Below are positions 40,406-52,163 of a stretch of 64,000 nt of DNA, in pieces. Made by a program: the position numbers and the translations under genes. The stretch spans positions 2,080,001 to 2,144,000 of the forward strand of contig CAWKDB010000010.1 in NCBI GenBank assembly GCA_963848295.1. The letters run 5' to 3'. This DNA comes from an uncultured delta proteobacterium. GTDB lineage: Bacteria; Myxococcota_A; Polyangia; Haliangiales; Haliangiaceae. The notes beneath the pieces are model-generated. The model saw nothing but the letters and a program-made list of their open reading frames with translations, searched no databases and had not been told where the DNA came from. The stretch's first letter is position 1, and each line of letters begins with the position of its first letter.

Positions 40406-42004
40406 ATGTTACCCTCGACGTGCGCGATGACGACCGACGCGACCGCCGACTCGGCGCCGCCCGGGGAGTTGTTCTGCCCGGTGTGTGAAAAGACGTTTGC
40501 GTCGGGCGAACGCTGTCCGGACGACGGTTCGAAGCTATTTCGGCTCGCGATCGGCATCGATCCGCTGATCGGCCGCGAGCTCGACGGCAAGTTTACGATC
40601 CTCGAGAAGCTCGGCCAGGGCGGAATGGGCGCGGTCTATCGCGGCTCGCAGCACTCGGTCGGACGCGAGGTCGCGATCAAGGTCGTCAGCGGCAACGCGA
40701 TGAACGCCACCGATGCGATCAAGCGGTTCTCCCGCGAGGCCAGGCTCGCGAGCCGACTGTCGCACCCGAACGCGGTCGGAGTTCACGAGTTCGGCCAGAC
40801 CGATGACGGGATGTTTTACCTCGTCATGGAGCTGGTCAGCGGTCGCACGCTCGACCAGGTGTTCAAGGCCGAGGGCGTGCTCAAGCCGGAGCGCGTCGTC
40901 CGGATCGGCATGCAGGTGTGCGATGCGCTCGAAGGCGCGCATGGGTTGTCGATCGTGCACCGCGATCTCAAGCCGGCGAACATCATGTTGCTCGATCGCG
41001 GGCGCGATCTCGTCAAGGTGCTCGATTTCGGGCTCGCGAAGTCACTCGTCCACGACTCGAGGCTGACCACGATGACGAACGCCGGTGCGCTGCTCGGTAC
41101 CCCGGCGTTCATGCCGCCCGAGCTCGCGCGTGGCGAGCCGTGCGACGGCCGAGCCGATCTGTATTCGCTCGGCTGTGTGCTGTATCTGATCGGGTCTGGC
41201 CAGCTCCCGTTCGAGTCGACCTCGCCACACGAGCTGATCGCGATGCACGCCACCGACCCGGCCCCGCCGATGCCCGTCGTGCCGGCCGCGCTCGCGGCGG
41301 TGATTGGCAAGCTGCTCGCGAAGGAGCCGCGCGATCGTTACCAGAACGCGGTCGAGGTGCGCGAAGCACTCGAGGTGTCCGTCGTCAGCCGGATGACGCC
41401 GCAGCCGTGGGACGCCCAGTCGAGCCTCGCGCCGTCGTCGGCGCCGAGCAAGGCCGGGCTCGACCCGAGCAAGCGCGGGATCTCGACCCGAGCCGTGGGG
41501 ATGGACGACTCCGATGTCGTCGCCGCGAAGTCGTTGCCGGAGATCGACCGTGCGGTCGCGAGACGGCGCTGGCCTGTCATCGCGGTCGGCATCGCAGTGT
41601 TCGCGGGCATCGCGGTGGTTGCGATCACGCGACGCGGAGATCGCGGCGCGAGTCCCGACCAGCCGACGGCTCCCGCGGCCGTTCCGCCCGCGCCGGCCCC
41701 GCCTCCCGCTCCGACGCCAACGCCAGCTCCGACGCCAACGCCAGCTTCGACACCCGCATCGATCCCGAGCCCGCCGACCACCACGACGCCCGCTTCGATT
41801 CCAACGCCAACGCCGACCCCGACGCGGGCGCCGACCCCGAGGCCAGCGCCGACCCCGAGGCCAGTGTCGACCCCGCAGACCGTGCGGCACTATCCGCCGC
41901 GGCACCCGCCGAAGACGCCGACACCGACGCCGACGCCGACGCCGACCCCGAGCCCAGCGCCGACGGCCGGTTCTGGCTCCGGCAAGGTGACCACGCCGTT
42001 CTGA
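40406..42004 (+). CDS. Membrane Ser/Thr protein kinase with N-terminal zinc ribbon and Pro/Thr-rich tail
   Basis: CPVC...CPDDG; LGQGGMGAVY, VAIK, HRDLKPAN, DFG, GTPAFMPPE; one TM segment; start may be 40427. Confidence 0.93.
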   Translation: MLPSTCAMTTDATADSAPPGELFCPVCEKTFASGERCPDDGSKLFRLAIGIDPLIGRELDGKFTILEKLGQGGMGAVYRGSQHSVGREVAIKVVSGNAMNATDAIKRFSREARLASRLSHPNAVGVHEFGQTDDGMFYLVMELVSGRTLDQVFKAEGVLKPERVVRIGMQVCDALEGAHGLSIVHRDLKPANIMLLDRGRDLVKVLDFGLAKSLVHDSRLTTMTNAGALLGTPAFMPPELARGEPCDGRADLYSLGCVLYLIGSGQLPFESTSPHELIAMHATDPAPPMPVVPAALAAVIGKLLAKEPRDRYQNAVEVREALEVSVVSRMTPQPWDAQSSLAPSSAPSKAGLDPSKRGISTRAVGMDDSDVVAAKSLPEIDRAVARRRWPVIAVGIAVFAGIAVVAITRRGDRGASPDQPTAPAAVPPAPAPPPAPTPTPAPTPTPASTPASIPSPPTTTTPASIPTPTPTPTRAPTPRPAPTPRPVSTPQTVRHYPPRHPPKTPTPTPTPTPTPSPAPTAGSGSGKVTTPF

Positions 42005-42008
42005 ATTG

Positions 42009-42057
42009 GACCGCGCCGCCATTCGGCGCTGCTCGCCGCCTTGGGCGAGCTTGGACC
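42009..42057. repeat. Degenerate intergenic copy of the 57-bp element
   Basis: GACC-GCGCCGCC-ATTC-GGCGCTGC-TCGC-CGCCTTGG-GCGA-GCTTGGACC aligns ungapped with the 49-nt core; second stem decayed. Confidence 0.55.
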
Positions 42058-42084
42058 GTCGGATGTAGTGGTACGGTTGCCCCC

Positions 42085-44070
<1,986 letters not shown>

Positions 44071-44081
44071 CTCGCGACACC

Positions 44082-45353
44082 ATGGCGGGGAACAAGGGCA
44101 AGGGTAAGCGCGCGCCACGACCGCGAGCGAAACGCGCCGGCGCGAAACGCGAGGCGCCGAAGGCCAGGCCGACACCGAAGCCGAAGGCGAAAAAAAAGCC
44201 GGCAACCGCCGCGACTGCCGCGCCGCCGCGCAAGAAATCACCAACGACGAAGCCGCCGATCGCCGCGACCCCCACCGGGCCCCGTGAACGCGGGCAGCGG
44301 GCGCGCACCGCGCGCGAATTCGCGATGCGCTCGTCGCCGGTGGTCGAGATCCTCGACGACGAGCATCCGATCGGCGCGCTCCGCCGGTTTCTCGACAGCG
44401 TCAAAGGCGCGGCGTCGCCACAGCAAGCCCAGATCGCGCTCGGTTCGGCGCAGCTGATGCTGTTGCCGATCGCGCGCGAGAATCGCGGCGGGCGCGAGGT
44501 CAAAGAGCTGGTCGATCTGATCCTCGAGCGCTGGCAGGACTTCGGTGATCGCCGCACCGGATTTCACGCGCAGGAGTTTCTGCGCAACGCGTTCGCAGCG
44601 GTCGGCGTCGATCGCGAGCGGATCGCGCGGCTCGAGGGCTTCATCCCGCCGACCGCGAATGGCGAGCTGCTGTTCAACGTCGCGGCGGCTCACGCGGTCG
44701 CACGTGACAAGGTCGCGATGGTGCGCGCGGTCGAACGCGCTCTCGAAGCGGGCGTCACCGCGACCGAGATGCGCCGCGATCGCGACTTCGCCCCGTACCT
44801 GCAAGATCCGGATTTCATCCGCGTGCTCGCACGCGCCGATCTGCCGGCGATCCCGGTCCACGTCGAACCGTACGTCCCGCACGTACGCGCCGCGCTCGAA
44901 TCGTTGATCGACACCCTGCGCGAGCTCGGCCAACGGACCGAGCTCCACCCGCCGGCGTCGGTCGGCACGATCATCGACGTCGAGCGTGCCCGCAAGATCG
45001 CGCTGCCGAACGACTACCGCGCGCTGCTCGCGCTGACCAACGGCATGATCGTGTGGGACCACGCGTTCTTCGGCACCTCCGACTATCGCGATCCGACCGA
45101 GCTGTCGCTCCGCGCGCAGCGGTTCGCGCAGGTGTCGGCGAATGCCGGCGCGACCGGCATCGAAGAGTGCGTGCCGCTAGCGAGCTGGGGTACGCCGAAC
45201 GACTGGCTGCTGTTCGATCGCCGGGGTCGGCTGCGCGGAGGCGAGCCCGGCTACGTGCTCGTCATCGACTCCGAAGAGCGCCCGATCGAAGACCTGCGCG
45301 CCGCGCTCGGCTACCTCGAGAACACCGCGCGCGACCTGCTCGGGACGAACTGA
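44082..45353 (+). CDS. Protein with basic N-terminal tail, TPR-like region and C-terminal SMI1/KNR4 domain
   Basis: Lys/Pro/Ala-rich start; LLFNVAAAHA...RRDRDF; LHPPAS...I.DVE....IALPNDYRALL..TNG. Confidence 0.75.
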   Translation: MAGNKGKGKRAPRPRAKRAGAKREAPKARPTPKPKAKKKPATAATAAPPRKKSPTTKPPIAATPTGPRERGQRARTAREFAMRSSPVVEILDDEHPIGALRRFLDSVKGAASPQQAQIALGSAQLMLLPIARENRGGREVKELVDLILERWQDFGDRRTGFHAQEFLRNAFAAVGVDRERIARLEGFIPPTANGELLFNVAAAHAVARDKVAMVRAVERALEAGVTATEMRRDRDFAPYLQDPDFIRVLARADLPAIPVHVEPYVPHVRAALESLIDTLRELGQRTELHPPASVGTIIDVERARKIALPNDYRALLALTNGMIVWDHAFFGTSDYRDPTELSLRAQRFAQVSANAGATGIEECVPLASWGTPNDWLLFDRRGRLRGGEPGYVLVIDSEERPIEDLRAALGYLENTARDLLGTN

Positions 45354-45472
45354 TCGACTGCGGTCGGTTCGCGGCACTGCCGGAGCGCGGGTCCGACCTC
45401 GACGCAGATGTAAGCAAACCGTCGACGGCGTTACCTCGGCGATGCTTACCGAGATCATGTTAGCGTGGTGAC

Positions 45473-46279
45473 ATGCGGGCCATTGCGATCAGCTTGATCC
45501 TCGCCGCAGGTTGCGGCCGTTTGGGGTTCGGCGATGAGGGCGGCGGCAGTCCCGGCGGCGGCGGCGGTGGAACCGGCGGGACCGGCCTGTCGAACAACCC
45601 GAACGATCCGGGCACGCTGAACGACGGTCTCGTCGCGCAGATCGGGTTCGACGGTACGCTCACCGACAACGTCAGCTCGAACGACGCGGAGTGCAGCGGG
45701 GCCGAGTGTCCGGACTTCGAGCCTGGCATCGGCGGCGAAGCCGCGGTGTTCGACGGCTCGGCGACCTGCGTGCACGTGCCATGGCTGACGAGCTGGACGC
45801 CGTCGAGCTACACGATCGCCGCGTGGATCAACCCGACGTCGATGAGCGCTCCGATCGTCGTTCGCGAGCACGACACGTCATGTCCGAGCCCGTCGATGGA
45901 GAGCTCCGACTCCGCGGTCGGCTTTGTCGGCACGACCGCCGCGACGACGCATCAAGAAGCATGGACGAACACCTCGATGCTCTCGAACAATCACTGGACC
46001 CACGTCGCGATCGCGTTCGACGGCGCGAACCAGCAGGTCTACGTCGGCGGCGCGTGCCAGTGCCAGATAACGCCCGCGATCCGGTTCGACTACACGAGCT
46101 ACGAGGTCACGATCGGCTGCTATCCCGCCGCCGGCACCTGGTACGGCGGGGCGATCAGCGACGTCCGGATCTACGATCGCACGCTCGACAAGGCAGAGCT
46201 CGTGGCGCTGGCGTCGGAGGACGGCTCGTCGCCGACCCCGGCCGACTGCACCGCGGTGTGCGGCGTGAATGCTCCGTAG
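45473..46279 (+). CDS. LamG/concanavalin-like domain lipoprotein
   Basis: Lipobox AAGC followed by GRLGF; YTIAAWINP, WTHVAIAFDG, GAISDVRIYDRTL. Confidence 0.85.
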   Translation: MRAIAISLILAAGCGRLGFGDEGGGSPGGGGGGTGGTGLSNNPNDPGTLNDGLVAQIGFDGTLTDNVSSNDAECSGAECPDFEPGIGGEAAVFDGSATCVHVPWLTSWTPSSYTIAAWINPTSMSAPIVVREHDTSCPSPSMESSDSAVGFVGTTAATTHQEAWTNTSMLSNNHWTHVAIAFDGANQQVYVGGACQCQITPAIRFDYTSYEVTIGCYPAAGTWYGGAISDVRIYDRTLDKAELVALASEDGSSPTPADCTAVCGVNAP

Positions 46280-46283
46280 TTAG

Positions 46284-46336
46284 GCCGCTAGGAGCGGCAC
46301 AAGGAGGGTCCCGAAGCGCTACGCGCTTCACCCTCC
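46284..46336. repeat. Two-hairpin structure between convergent genes
   Basis: GCCGCT-AGG-AGCGGC, then GGAGGGT-(CCC)-GAAGCGC-TAC-GCGCTTC-ACCCTCC. Confidence 0.6.
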
Positions 46337-47103
46337 TAGCCGAACTGGACCGAGCGCTTCGTCATCGGCGAGCCCATCCAGAACCCGGTGATCGGGAACG
46401 TCACGCTCGCGCCGTCCGCAGCCGCGCCGAGCGCCACGACGACCGGCACGAAGTGCTCGTGGGTCGGCAATGCCTCGCGCACGCCCGGGGCCTTCGCGCG
46501 GTAATCGAGCACCGCATCGACGTCGCGTCGCGCGAGGACCTCGGCGCACCAACCGTCGAACTCGCGCGCCCAACCGGGCAGCGGCCGGGTCTGCATCGCG
46601 CGCAGGTTGTGGGTCAAAAAGCCGCTGCCGACGATCAGCACGCCTTCGCGCCGCAGCTCGCCGAGCGCGCGCCCGACCTCGAACAACTGGCTAGGCTCGA
46701 GCGACGGCAACGAGATCTGGAGCACCGGTACATCGGCCTGGGGGTACATGCAGATCAGCGGGATGTACGAGCCGTGGTCCTGGCCGCGCTCGGGCTCGTC
46801 GTGAAACGCGATTCCGGCGCCGCCGAGCAGCTCGCGGACGCGCGCGGCGAGCTCCGGTGCGCCCGGGCTCTCGTACTGCAAGCGATAGAACCGCTCCGGG
46901 AAGCCGTAGAAGTCGTAGATCAGCGGCCGCGGCGCCGTCGCGCCGATCGCGAGCGGTCGCTGTTCCCAATGCGCCGAGATCATCAGGATCGAGCGGGGCT
47001 TGCCGAGCGCCTTGGCCCACGCGGCGAGCTCGCCGACCCATGCGGCGTCGTCGAGCAGCATCGGCGCGCCGTGCGCCATGAACACCACGGGCAGGTCGGT
47101 CAT
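46336..47103 (-). CDS. LigB-family (DODA/YgiD-type) extradiol ring-cleavage dioxygenase
   Basis: FMAHGAP, ISAHW, IYDFYGFP, RGQDHG, GSGFLTHNL, PTHEHF. Confidence 0.9.
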   Translation of the reverse strand: MTDLPVVFMAHGAPMLLDDAAWVGELAAWAKALGKPRSILMISAHWEQRPLAIGATAPRPLIYDFYGFPERFYRLQYESPGAPELAARVRELLGGAGIAFHDEPERGQDHGSYIPLICMYPQADVPVLQISLPSLEPSQLFEVGRALGELRREGVLIVGSGFLTHNLRAMQTRPLPGWAREFDGWCAEVLARRDVDAVLDYRAKAPGVREALPTHEHFVPVVVALGAAADGASVTFPITGFWMGSPMTKRSVQFG

Positions 47104-47882
47104 GACTCGGTTTGCTTGCGCACGATGTCGGATAGCACGTCGAGCAGCGCTTGCGAGTCCTGGCCCTTGCGCAGCATCGGTCGCCCGGGAGCGACCGTGC
47201 CGGCATCGTCGAGGTCGCCCTCCGAGAGAAAGACGATCCGCTCGATCAGGTGCGGCTTCTGCGTCACGATCCACCGGAAGATCTCGGCGCCCGAGCCATC
47301 GTGCATCGCCCAGTCGCTGACGATCACCTTGAAGTCGTCACGCTCGAGTGCCGCGATCGCCGCGTTGCCGCTCTCGACTTGAGTCACGGCATAGCCCGCG
47401 TCGTCGAGAAACCCGGTCATCACATCGATCAGCACGGGCTCGTCTTCGGCGAGCAGTAGCGTGGGGCGCGTATCGACGAGCACCGGCACGCTGCCCGATG
47501 ACACCCGCACGCGGCGGACGGCCGCTCGGGCGACGCGCACGATCTCTTCGGGCTCGGCGAGCGGCACCGCGAGGCACCGCCCGCCGACGATCGAGTCGAA
47601 CTCGGGCGGTACTTCTTCGGCGATGAACACGAACTGGCCGCGCAGATCGGCGCGATGGCCCAGCGCCCAGCGATAGAGCTCGCCGCCCATCGGGTGCGAG
47701 GTGTCCCACGGGACCACGATCGCGCCGATCGTGCGGCTGCCTTCGAGCAGCGTTTGCGCCCGAAACGCGGTCGCGGCGGGAATCACGTCGAAGTCGCCCG
47801 CCTCGAACCAGCGGATCAGAACATCTAGCACCTCGCCGTCGCCGTGGATCACCAACGCGCTGGGTCGGCCCGACGACGACAC
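47100..47882 (-). CDS. Protein with tandem receiver domains (N-terminal one degenerate)
   Basis: C-terminal LLLAEDE...IVSDWAM.DGSG...LRKG; the N-terminal domain lacks the acidic pocket. Confidence 0.75.
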   Translation of the reverse strand: MSSSGRPSALVIHGDGEVLDVLIRWFEAGDFDVIPAATAFRAQTLLEGSRTIGAIVVPWDTSHPMGGELYRWALGHRADLRGQFVFIAEEVPPEFDSIVGGRCLAVPLAEPEEIVRVARAAVRRVRVSSGSVPVLVDTRPTLLLAEDEPVLIDVMTGFLDDAGYAVTQVESGNAAIAALERDDFKVIVSDWAMHDGSGAEIFRWIVTQKPHLIERIVFLSEGDLDDAGTVAPGRPMLRKGQDSQALLDVLSDIVRKQTES

Positions 47883-47964
47883 AACCCCACTATAGCCAAA
47901 TCGTGCGGATTGGCGCCGGATCGCGTTTGATTTAGTGTCCTCTGCCCCCTAGGCTTCGGACCAT

Positions 47965-49764
47965 ATGCGACGTTTGTTCTTGCTCGGGCTGGCGGCCTGT
48001 TCTGGCGCCGGCATGCGACCGGTGGCGAAGGTGAAACCGGCACTCCCGGTCGGCGACGCCAAGCTCGAGCTCCCGGACATCCCGGCCAAGATCGACGTGA
48101 CGACGAGCGCGCCGACCGAGGACAACTCGCCCGACAAGCGCTCGCCGATCCTCGACATCATGCGCACGGAGAACGAGCGCGAGCTCGCGCTGCTCAAGGA
48201 ACAACCCGATCCGGCGTACTACCTCGGCTATCAGATCGTCGAGCAACGGATCGTCGCGATCGAAGCCGAGGGCGGCGCGGTGGTCGCCGATAGCGACGAC
48301 ACGACGCGCAACCTCGATGCCGAGGTCCGGGTCGGCTCGCCGAAGCTCGACAACACGCGCCAGCTGTCCGACGACACGAACGGGCTCAACGCGCCGTACA
48401 GCCGCCGCGGCATCGTGCCCTTCGGCGACGACAAGCAGGCGATCTCCGACGCGCTGTGGCTCGAGACCGATCGCCGCTATCACGAAGCGGTCCAGGCCCT
48501 TGGCTACGTTCGCCAGGACCAATCGACGCTGTCGAGCCAGACCAAGCGCACGAACGAGCCCGACTTCTCGGCGGAGCCGGTCGAGACCTACGTCGAACCG
48601 CCGGCGCGGCTCGAGTTCGACAAGGCGCAGTGGGTCGAGCGACTCAAGCGCTGCTCGGCGAAGGCGCTCAAGGGCGACGCGACGCGCGGCTCGTGCGGTG
48701 TCGTGTTCCAGCTCAACACCAGCTACTTCGTGAACAGCGAAGGCAGCGTGATCCAGCAATCGTGGACGAACGCGCAGCTGTCGGTGTCGGTCGGCGTCAA
48801 GGCCGACGACGGCATGAGCCTATCGCGCCTCGAGCAGCGGTTCGGCCGCACGCCCGGCGATCTGCCTGGCGACGCCGAGGTCGATAAGATGATCAAGACG
48901 GTCACCGAGGATCTCGACGCGCTCCACGACGCGCCGCTCGCAGAGCCGTACGTCGGACCGGCGATCCTCGAGGGCCGCGCCGCCGGTGTGTTCTTTCACG
49001 AGGTGTTCGGCCATCGCATCGAAGGCCATCGCCAGAAAGATCTGACGAGCGGCCAGACGTTCGCGAGCTACATCGGCAAGGACATCGCGCCGGAGTGGCT
49101 GTCGGTCTACGACGACCCGCAGCTCGTCACGCTCAACGGCATCCAGCTCAACGGGTTCTATCGGTTCGACGATGAGGGCGTGCGCGCACGTCACGTCAAC
49201 CTCATCGATCACGGCAAGCTCGTCGGCTTCGACATGGGGCGCAACCCGATCGCCGGCTTCCCGCATTCGAACGGCCATGGCCGGCGGTCGCCGGGCCTGC
49301 CGCCGGTCGCGCGCCAGGGCAACCTCGTCGTCGAGGCCGCGAAGAGCGTGCCGCGCGCGGAGCTCGAGAGGATGCTGATCGATCAGATCAAGAAGCAGAA
49401 CCGCCCGTACGGGATGATCTTCACCGACATCAGCGGCGGGTTCACGAACACCTCGGCGTTCGCGCCGCAGGCGTTCAAGGTCAATCCGGTGATGGCGTAT
49501 CGGCTCTACCCCGACGGTCACAAACAGCTCGTGCGCGGCATCGACATCAGCGGCACGCCGCTCGTCGCGTTGCAATCGATCCGCGCCGCGAGCCGCGAGG
49601 TCGAGACGTTCAACGGCGTGTGCGGCGCGGAGAGCGGTTGGGTGCCGGTGTCGGCGTCGGCGCCGAGCCTGTTGCTCGACAAGATCGAGGTCGAGAAGAG
49701 CTTCGTCCCGCCCGATCGACCCCCGGTGCTCAACGCGCCGGACATCAGGCAGGTGGCGCCATGA
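47965..49764 (+). CDS. tldD: TldD-type metalloprotease with lipoprotein signal
   Basis: FFHEVFGHRIEG (HExxxH), VYDDP, FDDEGV, SNGHGR, GVCG; N-terminal LGLAAC. Confidence 0.88.
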   Translation: MRRLFLLGLAACSGAGMRPVAKVKPALPVGDAKLELPDIPAKIDVTTSAPTEDNSPDKRSPILDIMRTENERELALLKEQPDPAYYLGYQIVEQRIVAIEAEGGAVVADSDDTTRNLDAEVRVGSPKLDNTRQLSDDTNGLNAPYSRRGIVPFGDDKQAISDALWLETDRRYHEAVQALGYVRQDQSTLSSQTKRTNEPDFSAEPVETYVEPPARLEFDKAQWVERLKRCSAKALKGDATRGSCGVVFQLNTSYFVNSEGSVIQQSWTNAQLSVSVGVKADDGMSLSRLEQRFGRTPGDLPGDAEVDKMIKTVTEDLDALHDAPLAEPYVGPAILEGRAAGVFFHEVFGHRIEGHRQKDLTSGQTFASYIGKDIAPEWLSVYDDPQLVTLNGIQLNGFYRFDDEGVRARHVNLIDHGKLVGFDMGRNPIAGFPHSNGHGRRSPGLPPVARQGNLVVEAAKSVPRAELERMLIDQIKKQNRPYGMIFTDISGGFTNTSAFAPQAFKVNPVMAYRLYPDGHKQLVRGIDISGTPLVALQSIRAASREVETFNGVCGAESGWVPVSASAPSLLLDKIEVEKSFVPPDRPPVLNAPDIRQVAP

Positions 49765-51599
49765 AGCTCGCCGTCATCGTCGCGTTGTGCGCGCTCGTGC
49801 CCGCCGCGCCCGCGCTCGCGAAGAAGCCACCGCCGCCAGCGCCGGCACCGGCACAGGTCGGCGGCCCATCTCGCGCGGTCACGCAGGACATCCTCGACGC
49901 GATCGCCGAGGAGATGAACCGTGCGATGACCAAGCTCCAGATCGACGGAGCGCCGCGACCGTACAGCATCTCGTACAAGATCACCGAGGTAGACGTGAAC
50001 GACGTCGCCGCGAGCTTCGGGTACACGACCTCGCGGCGCAATCGCCACTTCGTCAGCCTCGAGGCGCGCGTGCGCGTCGGCTCGGCCGATTTCGATAACG
50101 GCAACTTCGTCGTGCCGGAAGCGCCCGAGATCGACGGCATGTTCACGATCAACTTGCCGCTCGAAGCGACGCCGCGCATCGCCCGGCGGGCCGCGTGGCT
50201 CGTCACCGACACCGCGTACAAAGAGGCGCTGGTCCAGCTGCGCGCGAAGCTCGAGGCGCGCAAGGCCGGCAGCTTGCCCAGCACCGGCGTGCCGGCGTGG
50301 ACCACCGAGAAGCCGGTCGTCGGTGACGACCCGGTGCTCGTCGCTCCGCTCGAGTCCCTCGACGAGCTCGAGACGCGCGCCAAGGCGATCTCCTCGGTGT
50401 TCCGCGACCAACCGGCGCTGCGCGACGCGCGGGTCAGCATGACCAGCTATCTCGAACGACGCTGGTACCTGACGACCGAAGGCACGAGCGTGACCGATAC
50501 CCGGCGCGCGACGGGTATCGTCATCGATGCCGCCGGCCTCGCCAGCGACGGCCAGCTGCTCCATCAGTACCTGTTGCGCTACGGCCGCACCGCGAAGGAT
50601 CTGCCGAGCGACGACGAGCTCGAGGCCGAGTCGAAGAAGCTCGCCGAAGGCGTCGTCCAGCTCGCGAAGGCGCCGGTGTTCGAGGCGTACAGCGGCCCGG
50701 TGCTGTTCGAGGGCGAAGGCGCGGTCGGGCTCGTCCGGTTCTCGCTCGCGCCGAACCTCGGCGGCACCCCGGTGCCCGAGGGCCTCAACCCGCAAGACGC
50801 GAAGCAGTTCGGCGGCGCGTTCGCCGGCAAGATCGGGTTGCGTCCGTTATCGCCGCAGCTGTCGATCGTCGACGATCCGACGGTGAGCGTCGGCGCCGGC
50901 AAGTCGCTGATCGGCGGCTACAAGATCGATGATGAAGGTGTCGCCGCACAGCGCGTCCAGGTCGTCAAGGACGGCACGCTCAAGGCGCTGCTGACGAGCC
51001 GTACGCCGTCGGAGCGCGGCCAGAGCTCGAACGGTCACGCGCGATGCTCGGTCGAGGGTGGCGCGTTCCACGGTTGCGCGACGAACCTGTTCGTGTCCGC
51101 GAAGGGCAGCGTGCCCCGCGCGCAGCTCGAGCGGCAGCTGATCGCGGCCGCGCGCTCGGAGAATCTCAAGTACGGCCTGATCATCCGCCAGCTCGACGAT
51201 GCGGCGATCACCGCGGCCCCCGAGTTCTCGCGCCGCGAGCTCGTGCAGATGTACAAGACCACCGATCCGCAGCTACCCCCGCCGGCGCTCGTCGCGTACC
51301 GGCTGTATCCGAACGGCAAGCGCGAGCTCGTGCGCGGCGTCCAGCTCACCGACCTCCCGATCAGCATCTGGAAGAACGTGATCGGCACGAGCAAAGAGCT
51401 CACGGCCTATAACTTCCTCGTGGCGACCGAGCCCCAGCTCGCCTTGCGGCTGTCCGGCGGCACCGACGATGGCTACGTGCCGTCGGGCGGCTTCGAGAGC
51501 GCGATCGTGACGCCCGATCTGCTGATCAAAGACGTCGACGTCGTCGGTAGCAGCGGCGGCGCGCGATCGCAGCCGATCGTGCCGAAGCCGACGAAGTGA
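49761..51599 (+). CDS. TldE/PmbA-like partner with signal peptide
   Basis: YSGPVLFEG, IVDDPT, IDDEGV, SNGHAR; no HExxxH; ATGA coupling to tldD. Confidence 0.82.
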   Translation: MKLAVIVALCALVPAAPALAKKPPPPAPAPAQVGGPSRAVTQDILDAIAEEMNRAMTKLQIDGAPRPYSISYKITEVDVNDVAASFGYTTSRRNRHFVSLEARVRVGSADFDNGNFVVPEAPEIDGMFTINLPLEATPRIARRAAWLVTDTAYKEALVQLRAKLEARKAGSLPSTGVPAWTTEKPVVGDDPVLVAPLESLDELETRAKAISSVFRDQPALRDARVSMTSYLERRWYLTTEGTSVTDTRRATGIVIDAAGLASDGQLLHQYLLRYGRTAKDLPSDDELEAESKKLAEGVVQLAKAPVFEAYSGPVLFEGEGAVGLVRFSLAPNLGGTPVPEGLNPQDAKQFGGAFAGKIGLRPLSPQLSIVDDPTVSVGAGKSLIGGYKIDDEGVAAQRVQVVKDGTLKALLTSRTPSERGQSSNGHARCSVEGGAFHGCATNLFVSAKGSVPRAQLERQLIAAARSENLKYGLIIRQLDDAAITAAPEFSRRELVQMYKTTDPQLPPPALVAYRLYPNGKRELVRGVQLTDLPISIWKNVIGTSKELTAYNFLVATEPQLALRLSGGTDDGYVPSGGFESAIVTPDLLIKDVDVVGSSGGARSQPIVPKPTK

Positions 51600-52150
51600 C
51601 CGCGATCCGGGTCCATGCGGTCGAGCCGCGCAGCCGCGCGAACGGACCGGGCGCGCGGTTCGTCGTGTGGTTCCAAGGCTGCACGCTCGGCTGCGCCGGC
51701 TGCTTCAACCCGGCGACCCACGAGGCCGGTGGCCGCGAGCTGACCGTCGCCGAGCTCGCCGCGCAGATCCCCGCCGATGTCGAGGGCGTCTCGCTGTCCG
51801 GTGGCGAGCCGTTGCAGCAGCCGATCGCCGCCGCGGCGCTGCTCGAGGCTGCGCGCGCCCGGGGGCTGTCGACGCTCGCGTTCTCGGGCTACGCTCTCGA
51901 CGAGATCCGCGCACTGCCAGGTGGCGACGCGGTGCTCGCGAACCTCGACGTCCTGATCGACGGCCGCTACGTCGCGGGTGAACGGCTCGCGACTGGGCTG
52001 CGCGGCTCGGCGAACCAGCGCATCCAGCTGTTGACCGCGCGCTACTCGCTCGCCGACGTCGAGGCGACCCCGATCGCCGAGATCCGGATCGCGCGCGACG
52101 GCGAGCTCGTGCTCACCGGCGTCGATCCGCTCAAGCTCAAGCGGCTCTGA
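51596..52150 (+). CDS. NrdG-like small radical SAM protein
   Basis: NGPG.RFVVWFQGCTLGCAGCFN, LSGGEP, DVLIDGRY, RGSANQ. Confidence 0.88.
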   Translation: MTAIRVHAVEPRSRANGPGARFVVWFQGCTLGCAGCFNPATHEAGGRELTVAELAAQIPADVEGVSLSGGEPLQQPIAAAALLEAARARGLSTLAFSGYALDEIRALPGGDAVLANLDVLIDGRYVAGERLATGLRGSANQRIQLLTARYSLADVEATPIAEIRIARDGELVLTGVDPLKLKRL

Positions 52151-52163
52151 GAAGGCCAGCGAG

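Noticed and set aside
41660..41970. Pro/Thr repeats in the kinase tail (and GKTTPT repeats near 54765-54825)
   Set aside because: Ordinary low-complexity coding linkers with synonymous divergence.
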